A stretch of DNA of 64,000 bases from an uncultured Gemmatimonadales bacterium (GTDB lineage Bacteria > Gemmatimonadota > Gemmatimonadetes > Longimicrobiales > Gaopeijiaceae). Below the pieces are notes generated by a model. The model made no database searches and was not told the origin of the DNA. It saw only the letters and a program-made list of their open reading frames with translations. Of this stretch, positions 32,858-45,022 are shown in pieces; position 1 is the stretch's first letter, and every line of letters begins with the position of its first letter. Location: positions 256,001 through 320,000 of the forward strand of contig CAWGKG010000020.1 in NCBI GenBank assembly GCA_963823035.1, written 5' to 3'. A program made the position numbers and the translations under genes.

Positions 32858-35800
32858 TCAGGCCGCCGGCGGGAGGAGGACGCGTACCATCGTGCCGACG
32901 TCCGGGGTGCTGGACGCGGTCACGTAGCCTCCGCCCTGGCGTACGGCGCCGTACACCATCGACAGACCGAGGCCCGATGCCGTTCCGGGCTCCTTCGTCG
33001 TGAAGAAGGGCTCGAAGACGTGCTCGAGCACACTGCGCTCCATGCCGGATCCGGTGTCCGCGACCTCGATGCCGACGTAGCGCCCGGCCGGGATCTCGTC
33101 TGGCCCTTCGCGCACGACCGGCTCGAGCAGGTCGACCGACCGTACCGCCACGGTCAGGCGTCCGCCGTGCGGCATGGCGTCGACCGCGTTGAGCACGAGG
33201 TTCGCGACGACCTGGCTGAGCTGCGCGTGGTCGAAGTGCACGTGCAGCGCCTCGTCCCCGGGCCGCATGTCCAGCTCGATGCGCCCCGTCGTCGAGACGC
33301 ACGAGCAGCTCCCTGAGGTCGGTCAGGGACTCGCGCACGTCCATGCGCTCGTCCCTGCGGATCTGGCGACGGCTGAAGCCCAGGAGTTGGGAGACGAGGG
33401 AAGAACCTCGCCGGGCGGCCTTCTCGATCTCCGCCAGGTCCGCCACCATCTCGCCGTCCTCGGGCGATGCCTCACTGATCAGCTGCGCGTGCCCCATGAT
33501 CGAGGTCAGGAGGTTGTTGAAGTCGTGGGCCACGCCGCCCGCCAGCCGACCCACGGCCTCCATGCGTTGCGCCTGCAGGAACTGCTCCTCCAGGCGCCGC
33601 CGCTGCTCCTCGGCCTCGCGCCTTTCGGTGATGTCGGTGAGCGAGCCGACGATGCTGACCGTGCGCCCGTCCACCACCACCGGTGCCTCGTTCACCAGCA
33701 CCCGGAGCCTGCGGCCCTTCGCGGTCCTGAGCTCCAGCTCGTAGGGCGGCTGACGCTCGCCCGTCCGGATGGCGCGTTCCGTGGCCGCGAGGCCCGCGTC
33801 GTTCTCCGGGTCTTCTTCGAGGAAGTCGGTCCAATTCTTCAGGGCGTCCTCGGGGCTGCAGTCGAAGAACTGCCACGACTGCGGGCTCACGTAGGTCAGC
33901 TGGTGGTCGGGAGCGTGCGCGTAGAAGAGGTTCGTGCTGTGCTCGAGGATGGCGCGGATGCGCTCCTCGCGGAGGGCCAGCTCGCGCGTGTGCTCCCGCA
34001 CGAGCCCTTCCAGGCGCCTGCGTTCACGCTCGAGGCTCCGGGCCCGCAGGAAGGGCACACCGGCCAGGGCCGCCGTGGCGAGGAGCGCCGAGAGGCCGAG
34101 GAACCAGGTCGTTTGCCAGAAGGTGGGGAGCACCGTGAAACGCACGCGCGCCGGCTCGGCGCTGACGACGCCGTTCGGGCTCACCGCGACCACCTCGAAG
34201 GTGTACGACCCCGGCCCCAGTCCCGCGAGGCTCACCGTCCCCTCCGCGACCGGCTCGGACCACACGCCGCCGTCGTTGGCGAGGCGGTAGCGGAAGCGCA
34301 CGGCCCGCTCGTCGCGGAAGGTGGGCGACGAGAAATGCATCGTCACGACACCCGGGCGAGGCGGCAGCTCCGCGTCGATGCGCGGGAACCGGCGCGTGCC
34401 GACGCTCGGCCCGTCCGCGTAGACGGCGAGCGGTGCGTCGTCGTCGGGTGCGTCGAGGGAGCGGTCGTAGCGGTAGACGCCTGTGCTGCGGCCCGAACCA
34501 GAGCAGGCCGTGGGTGTCCTCCAGCGCGGCGGTGGCCGACCCCTCGAGGTCCACGACGCCGTCGCCCGCCCCATAGTGCCTGACGGACCCGGCCGAGTAC
34601 CGATCCAGGCCGTTCGACGAGAAGAGCCACACGTCGCCCCGCGAGTCCGGGAGCACGGCCCAGACGAAGTCGTTGGCGAGGCCGTCCCGCGTCGTGATCT
34701 GCCGGATCGAGTCGCCATCGGCCACGAACACGCCGTCGCCGTTCGTGGCCATCCAGATCCGGCCTTGCCGGGTCCGTCGACGACGTCCCAGACCCACTGG
34801 TCGGTGAGACCCTGCTCTCGCCCAGCGACGCGCACGGAGTGGCCGTCCCAGACCCGTCACGCCCCCCGACTGCAAGCCGGCCCAGAGATCGACCGCGGAG
34901 TCGACGGTCAGGCTGCTCACGTAGACGTCCTGGAGCTCCGGGACGTCCACCGGACGGATCGCGCCTCGCTCCCAGCGCGCCAGCCCGTGCCTGGGTACCG
35001 ACCCACACGCCGGTCGCGTCCGGGAGGAGGGAGAGCACGTAGTCGGCGGGGAGCCCGTCCGACTCCGCGACAGACGCGGCTGTCGCCGTCGTGGTAGTAG
35101 CACCAGGCCGGAGCGCGTGCCGACCAGCATGCCACCCTCCGGCGGTGCTGCCGAGGGCAGTAGACCCTCGGGTCGGTGATCTCGCCGGGGAGGGGGAGGG
35201 CGTCGAAGCGCTCACCCTCCTGCACGGCTGCGCCATTGCGCGTGCCGACCCACAGGCGTCCCGTCCTGGTCGAGGGCGAGCGCACGGGCGGTCTGGTCGG
35301 GCAGCCCGGACTCCTCGCCGAGGAGCGCGAACGGTCCAGGCACGAGCTTGGAGAGGCCACCCTCCGTCCCGAACCAGACGACGCCGTCGCGGTCCACGAG
35401 CACCCGGTCGGTCGCGGTTCGACGCGAGGCCGTTCGCCTCGGTGAGGCGGACGCACCTTCCCGTTCTCGTAGACGAGCACGCCCTTCGGGCGTCGTGAAC
35501 CACAGCGCGACCCAGGCTGTCCACCGCCGCGTCGGTGAACACGGGGGGGTCCGCCCAGGTCCGGCAGGGGGATGTGCTCGGCGTCGCCCGTCGTGGTAGC
35601 GGACGAGCCCGGCGGAGCCCGCCGAAGAAGCGTGCCGTCGTCGGTCGGCAGCACCACCGCGACGTCCCGGCCGCGCCGGAAGGAAGCGGCCGGGCTCGAA
35701 GTCGTCGCCGATGCAGCTCGGCCGACGCCCGCGGACGTGAGGACCGACATCACGTCGAGCAGCCAGACCTTCCGGACCTCGTCCGACGGGCAGCCCGTCC

Positions 35801-36365
35801 GCCATGCGGAAGGTGCGCACCAGGCGTCGGTTGCGCAGCTCGGTCAGGCCGTTCGTCGTGGCGACCCAGACGCTCCCGTCGCCGTCCGCGAAGAGGTCGT
35901 TCACCTCGTCGTCGGCTAGGCCGTCGGCCTCCCGGAGGCAGTCGACGACGCGGCCGTTGGCGACGAAGCAGACGCCACCGCCGATGGTCGCGGCGACCAG
36001 GGTGCCGTCCGCCGTCTCGACGACGTCGGTGACCCGGTTGGCGCTCAGCCCGTCGCGCGCCGTGAGCGTGTGGAACGTGCGCCCGTCGTAGCGGCTCAGA
36101 CCGCCGTACGTGCCGACCCACAGGAATCCCCGGCGGTCCTGGTGCAGGGCGATCACCTGCGGTCTGGGGCAGGCCCTCCTGCGCGCTGTAGTTGCGGAAG
36201 TTGAGGAGCTGCGCGGCGAGGGGGGGAGCCAGAGGGTGCGAGCGTGGCCAGCGCGCAGGCCAGGAGGGACGGGACGAGTCGAAGGGTGAGGTTGGACAGG
36301 CTCCTCGCCCGAGCGGACGCCGTACCCGACCGGACCCACTCCGGATCCGGTCTCGGGGGCGTCAT
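32858..36365 (-). CDS. sensor histidine kinase: periplasmic ligand-binding beta-propeller plus Y_Y_Y domain, TM, PAS, HisKA/HATPase (many frameshifts)
   Basis: QDRRGFLWVGTYGGL, DGLSANRV repeats; FRYRL, LGPGSYTFEV, PTFWQTTWF; LAGGVAHDFNNLL; FEPFFTTK, GLGLS. Confidence 0.88.
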
Positions 36366-36745
36366 CGGGTCTGCCTTCGACCATGGAGGCCGCAGTCTGC
36401 TCGCGGCGAGCCCGTCGGGCCTCGGCTGGGGCCCGAGGGGCGGCACCAATCGTCCGTTCTCAACGGAATCCCCTCATCAGGTTCCTGGGGGCGCCAGGGA
36501 ACACGCCTGCGACGCGATGGGTGGGGCGTCGATGGACAGCCCCACGGCGCGCCGCCCCTGCCGCACATCCCCACCATGGGAGTATCGACACGTGCGCGTC
36601 GGACCTGAGCGCCTTCGGCCGCGGTGGGTCCGCGATCTCGCGAGCGGACGGGGCAGCCGTGCGCCGCCCTCGCCACGGGAGTCGGCGGGAATTCGACGCA
36701 CGAGAACCGGTGGAGCGCGACGGCGAGGGGCGCCATCTTCCCCCC

Positions 36746-37811
36746 ATGGAAACGGAAACGCAGGCGCTGCCGCCACGGCCCGAGATGATGGAGGCGTTCC
36801 TCAGCGGTGACGCTTCCTACGACGGGATCTTCTTCACGGGGGTCCGCACCACGGGGATCTTCTGTCGCCCCACCTGCGTGGCGAAGAAGCCCAAGCCGGA
36901 CAACGTCGTCTTCTTCGCGACGCCCAGGGAGGCGGTCCTCGCGGGATACCGGGCCTGCAAGCGATGCCGCCCGCTCCACGCGCCGGGTGAGACGCCGGCG
37001 TGGGTGGTGCGTCTCCTGGACGAGGTCGAGCGCGACCCAGGGCGGAGGTGGCGCGACGGCGATCTGCGCGCGATGGGGCTGAGCCCCGGGCGGGTGCGCA
37101 CCTGGTTCCAATCCCGGCTGGGGATGACCTTCCACGGCTTCTCCAGGGCACGGCGGCTGGGGGTGGCGCTCGGTCGGATCCAGGAGGGCGACGGCGTTGC
37201 CCCCGCGGCCTTCTCCTCGGGGTACGAGTCATTGAGCGCGTTCAACGAGGCCTTCAAGCAGGTGCTGGGAACCACGCCGAGCGAAGCGCGGAACTCGACC
37301 GTCCTGAGCGTCACCCGCATCGCCACGCCGCTCGGATCGATGGTGGCCGCGGCCGGGGAAGGCGCACTCTGGCTGCTCGAGTTCACGGACCGGCGCAAGC
37401 TGCCCACGCAGCTGCGGACGCTCCAGGAGCGCCACGGATGCCTGCTGGTGCCGGGCAGCGATCCCGCTGCTGAGGGCCACGGCGGAAGAGCTGGACGCCT
37501 ACTTCGCGCGTGAGCTGCGCACGTTCTCGATCCCCTTGCGGGCGCCCGGCACTCCGTTCCAGGAGGCCGTCTGGCGGGAGCTGAGGCGCGTACCGTGGGG
37601 CGCCACGACCACGTACGCGGAGCTGGCCGCCGGGCTCGGGCGGCCGGGGGCCGCGCGCGCCGTGGGGCGAGCGAACGGGGACAACCGCATCGCCATCCTC
37701 CTCCCGTGCCACCGGGTGGTGGGCAGCGACGGGCGGCTCACCGGGTACGGCGGGGGCCTCTGGCGGAAGCGGCGTCTCCTCGAGCTCGAAGGGGCCGCCG
37801 CACGGGTGTAA
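36746..37811 (+). CDS. ada: bifunctional Ada regulator / methylated-DNA-protein-cysteine methyltransferase (frameshift near 37460)
   Basis: GVRTTGIFCRPTC, GYRACKRCRP (Zn-binding), AraC-like HTH, GTPFQEAVW, NRIAILLPCHRVVG. Confidence 0.92.
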
Positions 37812-37845
37812 TCCTCCGGAACGCGCGGGCGTAAAGACAGCGACA

Positions 37846-37873
37846 ACCCTACAAACTTGAACAGTTTGAGGGT
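37846..37873. promoter_or_regulatory. AT-rich imperfect palindrome upstream of the lipoprotein/YceI/barrel operon
   Basis: accct-a-caaact-tgaac-agtttg-agggt. Confidence 0.4.
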
Positions 37874-37905
37874 GAAATCCTGCCCACGACGTCGGAGGTA
37901 CCGCC

Positions 37906-38358
37906 ATGTCCCGTGCCACGTTCGCCCTCGCGCTCTCCCTCTCGCTCTCCCTGGCCGCCTGCGGCGGCGACAGCCCCACCGATCCCGGCGGGACCGACGG
38001 CAACAACAACGGCGGGAGCACCGGGCGCACGGTCAAAGCGGATCCGTCCTTCGCCTCGGACGTCTTCGAGATCTTCACGCGACGTGGCTGCACCGGCTCC
38101 CAGTGCCACGGTGGGGGGCAGGGAGGTCTCACCATGAGCTCCGCGAGCGGCGCCTACACGGACCTCGTCGGCGTGAAGTCGCCCATCTCGCAGGAGGTGC
38201 GCGTCATCGCCGGCAACGCCGACGACAGCTACCTCGTCAAGAAGCTGGAGGGGACCGCGTCGGCGGGCGAGCGGATGCCGCTGGGCGGGAGCCCCCTGGA
38301 CGCGACCGACCTCCAGAACATCAAGAACTGGATCAACCAGGGCGCCAAGAACAACTGA
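37906..38358 (+). CDS. lipoprotein with cytochrome-c-like domain (atypical CX4CH)
   Basis: LSLAAC lipobox; GCTGSQCHG; SYLVKKLEG, GERMPLGG, IKNWINQGA. Confidence 0.8.
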   Translation: MSRATFALALSLSLSLAACGGDSPTDPGGTDGNNNGGSTGRTVKADPSFASDVFEIFTRRGCTGSQCHGGGQGGLTMSSASGAYTDLVGVKSPISQEVRVIAGNADDSYLVKKLEGTASAGERMPLGGSPLDATDLQNIKNWINQGAKNN

Positions 38359-38370
38359 GGAGGGTGGGCC

Positions 38371-38997
38371 ATGATGACGCGCGTCACGTCGGCCGCTTCC
38401 TCACTCGCCGCGATCGCGGTCGCCTTCGCGGTCGGGTCTTCCCTGCACGCCCAGGAGATGGACGTGGACCGGTCCGCGAACCGGATCGTACGCTTCATCT
38501 CCCGCTCGCAGGTGGACGAGTTCGAGGGCGTCACCGACCACATCGACGGCTACGTCCTGCTGGACGGACAGCCGCTGTCGGCGTCGACCGGACGGGGACG
38601 ACACCGAGCTGTACCTCGAGGTCGACCTGGCGAGCATCGACACCGGGATCGGGCTGCGCAACCGGCACATGCGCGACAACTACCTCGAGGTCGAGAAGTA
38701 CCCGTACGCGTCGTTCAAGGGTCGCATCGGCGCGGTGCAGGCGAGCGCGGACGGCGGCGGAAGGTCACGGCCTCCGGGACGTTCACGATCCACGGCGTAT
38801 CGCGCGAGCGGGACATCACCTGCGACGTGTCGCCCGTGGGGGAGGGCTATCACGCCGAGTGCGCCTTCGCGGTGCTCCTCTCCGATCACGACATCGAGAT
38901 CCCCAAGGTCATGTTCCTGAAGCTCGCCAACGAGATCCGGGTCGAAGTCGAATTCACCGTATCACCCGCCGGGAAGAGCGCGGGAGGGAATCCATGA
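38371..38997 (+). CDS. YceI-family polyisoprenoid-binding protein (frameshifted)
   Basis: VRFISRSQVDEFEGVT, IDTGIGLRNRHMRDNYLEVEKYPYASF, GTFTIHGVSR, VLLSDHDIEIPKV. Confidence 0.85.
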   Translation: MMTRVTSAASSLAAIAVAFAVGSSLHAQEMDVDRSANRIVRFISRSQVDEFEGVTDHIDGYVLLDGQPLSASTGRGRHRAVPRGRPGEHRHRDRAAQPAHARQLPRGREVPVRVVQGSHRRGAGERGRRRKVTASGTFTIHGVSRERDITCDVSPVGEGYHAECAFAVLLSDHDIEIPKVMFLKLANEIRVEVEFTVSPAGKSAGGNP

Positions 38998-39870
38998 GAG
39001 CGCTGTCGTTCGTCGTCGCGTCGGCCCTGTTCCTCTCGCCGCTCGCGGCCTCCGCGCAGGAGCCCCCCGCGCGTTGGCAGCGGCGGAGCGGGCCCACGGT
39101 CGCCCCGGTGACCGTCTTCCATTCCACGCAGTCGGGGAACCTCCCCACGGCGGAGACGCTGCGAAAGGGAGAGCTTCTCTTCGAGATCTCCCACCGCTTC
39201 TTCCCGGCCATCTCGCAGGGGGCGGACGCGCTCTGGGGGCTGGACGGTCCGGTGACCAACCGTCTGGGGCTGGCCTACGCGGTGACCGACCGGGCGATGA
39301 TCGGCGTGCTGCGCAGCAACCTGGACGACAACCTCGAGCTGGACGCGAAGGTGCGCGTGCTCGAGGGCGGACGGGACGCGATGCCGTTCATGGTGGCCCT
39401 GATGGGCGGGGTGGCCTTCAACACCGGCCTGCCGGAGGGCGAGGTCTACGACGGCAACGAGACCCAGGCGTACGGTCAGCTCATCGTGAACGCCAAGGTG
39501 GGCGAGCGGGTGGCGCTCGGGCGTGGTACCGACGCTCCTGCACAACCCGCGGATCGCCGACACCGACAAGGGGAACGCGTTCGTGCTCGGCCTGAACGCG
39601 CAGCTCTATCTGTCGTCGATGGCCAGCCTGTTCGGCGAGTGGGTGGTGAGCCCCGAGAGCGCGGACTTCCCGGACGAGGCCACCGCCCTGCACGACCCCG
39701 TGACGCTGGGTCTCGAGCTGGAGACGGGCGGGCACTTCTTCAAGCTGCTGGTGACGAACAGCACGAGGCTGAACCCGACGCAGGAGCTGCAGGGGACGCC
39801 CTTCCCGTTCAAGCCCCACGACTGGCGCTTCGGCTTCAACGTCACCCGGCTGCTCAGCCTGGGCGGGTGA
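38994..39870 (+). CDS. DUF5777-like outer-membrane beta-barrel protein (frameshift near 39520)
   Basis: ETLRKGELLFEISHRF, LWGLDG, LGLELETGGHFFKLLVTNS, WRFGFNVTR. Confidence 0.8.
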
Positions 39871-39882
39871 GGACGGGGCGGG

Positions 39883-40056
39883 TCAGCCCGTCCCGACGTA
39901 GTTGACCAGCAGCACGTAGAGCACGCCCGCGATCGCGAGGACGGCGGCGATCTTGAGCAGCCGCTTCAGGATCGCGAACGCGATCATCGCGACGATGATC
40001 AGGATGGGGACCAGCAGGAGCGGGGTGGCCAGAAGGAAGTCGACGATACCGGTCAC
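39883..40056 (-). CDS. small membrane protein (57 aa)
   Basis: MTGIVDFLLATPLLLVPILIIVAMIAFAILKRLLKIAAVLAIAGVLYVLLVNYVGTG; two hydrophobic helices, GGGAGAG RBS. Confidence 0.7.
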   Translation of the reverse strand: MTGIVDFLLATPLLLVPILIIVAMIAFAILKRLLKIAAVLAIAGVLYVLLVNYVGTG

Positions 40057-40166
40057 GGCGCGTGCTCTCCCGGGGGGAATCCCTGCCGACCCGTCGCGGG
40101 TCGTCGCGCGTGCATTATGAAAGCGGGGCCCGGCTGCCGATGTCCAGCCGGGCCCCGTGCGTGGCC

Positions 40167-42799
40167 TCAGTCGGAGCGGAGCGCCTTCGCCGGGTCCGTC
40201 GCGCTGGCGCGCCAGGCGGGAACGAAGCGCCGCCACCGCTCCCACGACACCGAGCACCGCCGCCGCCCCCAGGAGGGGGACCGGGTCGGTCGGCGCCACC
40301 TCGTAGAGGAAGCGGGTCAGCACGTCCGAGGCGAGCAGCGCCGCCGCGATGCCTCCGGCCACGCCCAGGAGGACGGGAAGCATCCCACGGCCCACGACGT
40401 CGCGCAGGAGAAGGCGCGGGCGAGCGCCCAGCGCCATGCGGATCCCGAACTCCGCCGACCGCTGTTGCACGCCGTACGACACGACGCCGTAGATGCCCAC
40501 CGCGCCCATGAGCAGGCCCATCGCGCTGAAGAGGGTCAGGAAGAAGCGCAGGCGCAGCGTCTCGGACATCGCCTCGTCGACCACGGTCGTCATCGTCTCG
40601 ATCCGCCCGACGACGGCGGCCGGCTCCAGCTCGGGCACGATCGCGCGCACCGCCGGGGCGAGGGCCGCGGGATCGCCCGTGGTGCGCAGCACGAGGATCC
40701 CGTACGTGGACTCGCGCATCGTCTGGGCCCAGGGGTAGTACGCGGCCATCGGCACGTCGCCTACGAGCCCGTCGACCGCGATGTCGCGCACCACTCCGAC
40801 CACGCGGATGTCCCCGCTGCCGAATCCGTTGCGTGTGATCGTCCGTCCGATCGGGTCGTCCTCGCCCCACATGCGACGGGCGAATGTCTCGTTCACGACC
40901 GCCACCAGCGGAGCGTCCTCGTCGTCCGAGGGGAGGACGTTGCGGCCGCGCACGATCTCCGCGCCGAGGGCGTCGAACGTGTGCGGGTCCGACCGTGCGG
41001 TAGTACGCGTTGGGTGCCCGCTCGCCGGCGAGGTCCGGCCGGTCCGAGGCGGTGACCGTGCCCTGCCACCCGCCGTCCTGGATCGGGACGCGGTTGATGA
41101 GGTCGGCCGCCTGCACGCCCGGGAGCGCGCGGGCGCGCTCCACCAGGCTGGTGAGCACCTCCCGGCGCCGCGGGCGCGTCCACGGACTGCTCACCCATGA
41201 GCACGTCGACGACCAGGACGCCCCTGGGGATCGAGCCCCGGCTCGATGCCGCGGAGGCGATCCACCGAGCGGATGAGCAGGCCGGCCCCGGTCACCAGCA
41301 CCACCGCGAGGAGCACCTCGGACACCACGAGCGCGCTCTGCATGCGGGCGGATCCCGCCGCGCCCCCGCCCTGACCCCGATGGCCGAGCGCGCTGCCGGA
41401 AAGGTCGCCGGCGACGAGCTGCCGCATCGGCGCGAGGGAGATCACGGCGCCGCTGCCGACCGCGAGCACGAGGCCGGCCCCCACCGCGCGCCAGTCCAGC
41501 GAGAGGGTGTCGGCGAGTCCGCTGCCCAGGGGGAGGCTCGCCACCAGCACGTTGAACACGGCGACCGCGAGGGCGATGCCCGCCGCGCCCCCGACCACAC
41601 CGAGCAGCACCGATTCGGTGAGCACCTGGCGCGCCAGCCGCACGCGGCCGGCCCCGATCGCGGCGCGCACGGACATCTCCCCCTTCCGGTCCGCGGTGCG
41701 GGTCAGGATGAGCGCGGCCACGTTCGCGCACGCCATCAGGAGGACCAGCCCGACGGCGCCGAGCAGCAGGAGGAGCGGCGGGCGCACGTCTCCCAGGATG
41801 TACTCCCTCAGCGGTGTGACGTGCGGGCTCTTCGTCTTGTCCCAGGCCTCGGGATAGTTGAAGCGCTCGCCGAGCGCACCCGCCAGCGAGGCCAGATCCT
41901 CGCCCACCTGTGCGGCGGTCACGCCCGGCCCCTGCCTGCCGAGAAGCACCAGCCATCCGTTGCCCTGGTAGCCGGCGTCGTCCGGATCGAGGTTCAGCGG
42001 CGTCCACGCCCGCATGTCGGGTGTGGGGAAGTAGAAGTCCCTCGGCATGACCCCGATCACGGTCGTCGGGCGACCGTCGATCTCGACACGCCGTCCGACC
42101 AGGTCCGGGTCGGCGCCGAACTCCGTCTGCCACAGTCCGTACGACAGGACGATGACCCGCTCGGAGCCGGGGCGGTCCTCGCCGGGGAGGAACGTCCGGC
42201 CGAGGAGCGGTCTGCGCGCCCAGCACGTCGAAGACGTTCGCGGAGGCGATGGTGGCCATCACCAGCGAGGAGCGCCCGTCGGAGCGCATCGTCACGGCGT
42301 CGTTCGAGAAGGCGGCCAGCGATTCGAAGGCTCGCGTCCGGTCGCGCACGAAGTCGTACTCGACGCCCCGCCAGTTGTAGTCCATCCAGAAGACGGACAG
42401 CTCGCCCTCGTCACGCACGGGCAGTGGGCGGAGAAGCAGCCCGTCCACCACGCTGAAGATCGCCACCGTGCCGCCGATGCCGAGCGCGAGGGTCACCGTC
42501 GCCAGCAGGCTGAAGGCCGGGTGCTTGCGCAGCTGCCGCCACGCGAAGCGCACGTCCGCGCCCAGGTCCTGGAGGGCGGTCACGCCCCACGACTCGCGCG
42601 TCTGCTCCCGGAAGCGCTCCACACCGCCGAACTTCACGCGGGCCAGGCGGCGCGCCTCCTCGGGCGCGTGGCCGGCCGCCTCGAGCTTGCGCGCTTCCAT
42701 GTCGAGATGGAACGCCATCTCCTCGTCGAGTCCGCGCTCGAGGTCGTCACGCCGGAAGACCGCACGCACGCGAAACCAGAGATCCGTCATCCACCGCAT
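40167..42799 (-). CDS. ABC permease, duplicated MacB/FtsX (ADOP-type), frameshifted
   Basis: [74 protein letters not shown]. Confidence 0.9.
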
Positions 42800-42812
42800 C
42801 GTCCCACCCCCT

Positions 42813-43145
42813 TCACGCGAGTCCCATGATCCGTTCGACCGCCTCCGAGAGACGAGACCACGTCTCGTGCTCGAGCCCCAGCTGCCCCGCACCGGCCGGC
42901 GTCAGGACGTAGTAGCGCGCCCTGCGGTTGTTCTCCGTGGTGCGCCACTCCGAGCGGATCCACCCCTCCCGCGTCAGGCGATGCAGCGCCGGGTAGAGCG
43001 AGCCCTGGTTCACCTGGAGGGCGTCCCGGGACACCTGCTGGATCCGCTCGCCGATCCCCCAGCCGTGCATCGGCTCGAGGGAGAGCACCTTGAGGATGAG
43101 CATGTCCAGCGTGCCCCGGATCATGTCGGGCGGGTTCTTGGGCAT
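42813..43145 (-). CDS. PadR-family transcriptional regulator
   Basis: GTLDMLILKVLSLEPMHGWGIGERIQQ...QGSLYPALHRL...ENNRRARYY. Confidence 0.93.
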   Translation of the reverse strand: MPKNPPDMIRGTLDMLILKVLSLEPMHGWGIGERIQQVSRDALQVNQGSLYPALHRLTREGWIRSEWRTTENNRRARYYVLTPAGAGQLGLEHETWSRLSEAVERIMGLA

Positions 43146-43168
43146 CTCGGGCTCCGGTCTCGGATCGT

Positions 43169-43189
43169 TCCTCTCGAAAAACGAGAGGA
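43169..43189. promoter_or_regulatory. inverted repeat, candidate PadR operator
   Basis: TCCTCTCG-AAAAA-CGAGAGGA, ~24 nt upstream of padR. Confidence 0.55.
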
Positions 43190-43360
43190 GTCGTCCGTAC
43201 AGACGGCGCGAGGGGGCGAAAGGTTGCAGACCCGCCCTTGCGCGGCTTCCCCGCAACCCCGAAATCATGGGAACTTCAGCAACGTAGATCCGAAGCGACG
43301 GGCCCATTCCGACCGGCCGCCCCTCCCCTGGCCGCGAACCCCACAACGGGAGTAGCGATC

Positions 43361-44904
43361 TTGAGCACCACGCCGGGGGCGACGACGCCCCCCAGATCGA
43401 CCAGAAGGGCTTCTTCGGGCATCCCCGGGGCCTGGCGACGCTCTTCTTCACCGAGATGTGGGAGCGCTTCGCGTACTACGGGATGCGCGCGCTCCTCATC
43501 CTCTTCATGACCGCGGCCACCGACTACGTCGTGACCGGGGCGGACGGCACGATCCTCCGGTCGAACCCGGGCCTCGGGTTCGACGTCGCGACCTCGGCGG
43601 CCATCTACGGGCTGTATACCAGCCTCGTGTACATCCTGACGCTTCCGGGTGGGTGGGTCGCGGACAACCTCTGGGGACAGCGCAAGGCCGTCTTCGTCGG
43701 CGGGTGCTTCATCGCCCTGGGACAGCTCACGATGGTGCTGCCCACCACGTCCACCTTCTTCCTGGGCCTGGTGTTCGTGATCTTCGGCACCGGGCTGCTG
43801 AAGCCGAACGTGAGCACGATGGTCGGCGAGCTGTATCCGGAGGGGGGCGCGCGCCGGGATGCGGGATTCAGCGTCTTCTACATGGGGATCAACCTCGGCG
43901 CCTGGGTGGGGCCGCTCCTCACCGGTTCGTTCGGTGAGAACTACAACTGGCACTGGGGCTTCGGCATCGGCGCCATCGGCATGATCCTCGGGCTCGTCCA
44001 GTACAGGATGGGCGACAAGTACCTCGGGGACGCCGGCCACCTCAGGACGGACGAATCGGCGGCGGAGGTCGCCCGCAAGACCCGCAAGTTCTTCGGGAGC
44101 TTCGCGGGTCTGATGGCCGCGGTGGTCCTCTTCGGATGGCTGGTGGGGCAGGGCATCATCCCGGTCTCGCTCACGCAGATCGCGACCGTGCTCGGCTACT
44201 CCGTGCTCGTCCTCGTGGCCGCCTACTTCGTCTACCTCTGGCTCTTCGGCGGCCACACGGCGGAGGAGAACAAGCGGCTCGGAGTGATCTTCTGGCTCTT
44301 CCTGCTCATCGCGGTCTTCTGGTCGGGCTTCGAGCAGGCGGGCTCGTCGCTGAACGTGTTCGCGCGGGACCTCACGGATCGGACCTTCCTGGGGTGGGTG
44401 GTGCCGGCGTCGTTCATGCAGTCGATCAACCCGATGTTCATCATCCTGTTCGCGCCGGTGTTCGGCTCCCTGTGGGTGTGGTTGGACAAGCGCCAGGTGA
44501 ACCCGCCGCTGCCGCTGAAGGCCGGGCTGGGCCTGCTCTTCCTCTCGTCCGGGTTCTTCGTGATCGCGTGGGGCGCTGCCAACGCCTCGTCGACGAGCCT
44601 GGTCTCACCGGCCTGGCTGGTCGTGACCTACTTCCTGCACACGACCGGTGAGCTGTGCATCTCGCCGATCGGGCTGTCGGCGATCACGAAGCTGTCCCCA
44701 CAGAAGCGCGTGGGGCAGATGATGGGCGTATGGTTCGTGGGCGCGGCGCTGGGGAACCTCTTCGCCGGGCTGGTCGCCGGGCGGCTGGAGAACCTGCCGC
44801 CGTCGCCGCTCTTCCGCTCCGTCGCGATGTTCGTCGGCGTGGTCGGCATCGTCGCGGTGTTGGCCTCGCCCTTCGTGAAGAAGCTGATGGGTGGCGTGAA
44901 GTAG
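43361..44904 (+). CDS. POT/PTR-family proton-dependent oligopeptide transporter (frameshift near start)
   Basis: FFGHPRGLATLFFTEMWERFAYYGMRA (ExxERF motif), GTGLLKPN, FYMGINLG, GELCISPIGLS. Confidence 0.94.
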
Positions 44905-44952
44905 CGGGAGGCGCCCGGCGGGCCGACGCGCCCGCCCGAGCGGGAGGAAAGC

Positions 44953-44990
44953 CGAAGCGCCCCGGGGGGATCCGACCCCGGGGCGCTTCG
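44953..44990. terminator. hairpin between convergent genes
   Basis: cgaagcgccccgggg / ccccggggcgcttcg, 15-bp perfect stem. Confidence 0.75.
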
Positions 44991-45022
44991 TCGTGCGGGA
45001 GAGAGATCCGCGTTGGGTCCTG

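Noticed and set aside
44628..45022. Long C-terminal extension of the cytochrome b domain overlapping the POT transporter
   Set aside because: It crosses a strong hairpin and runs antisense to a real gene; a stop in another frame at 45023 suggests an indel.
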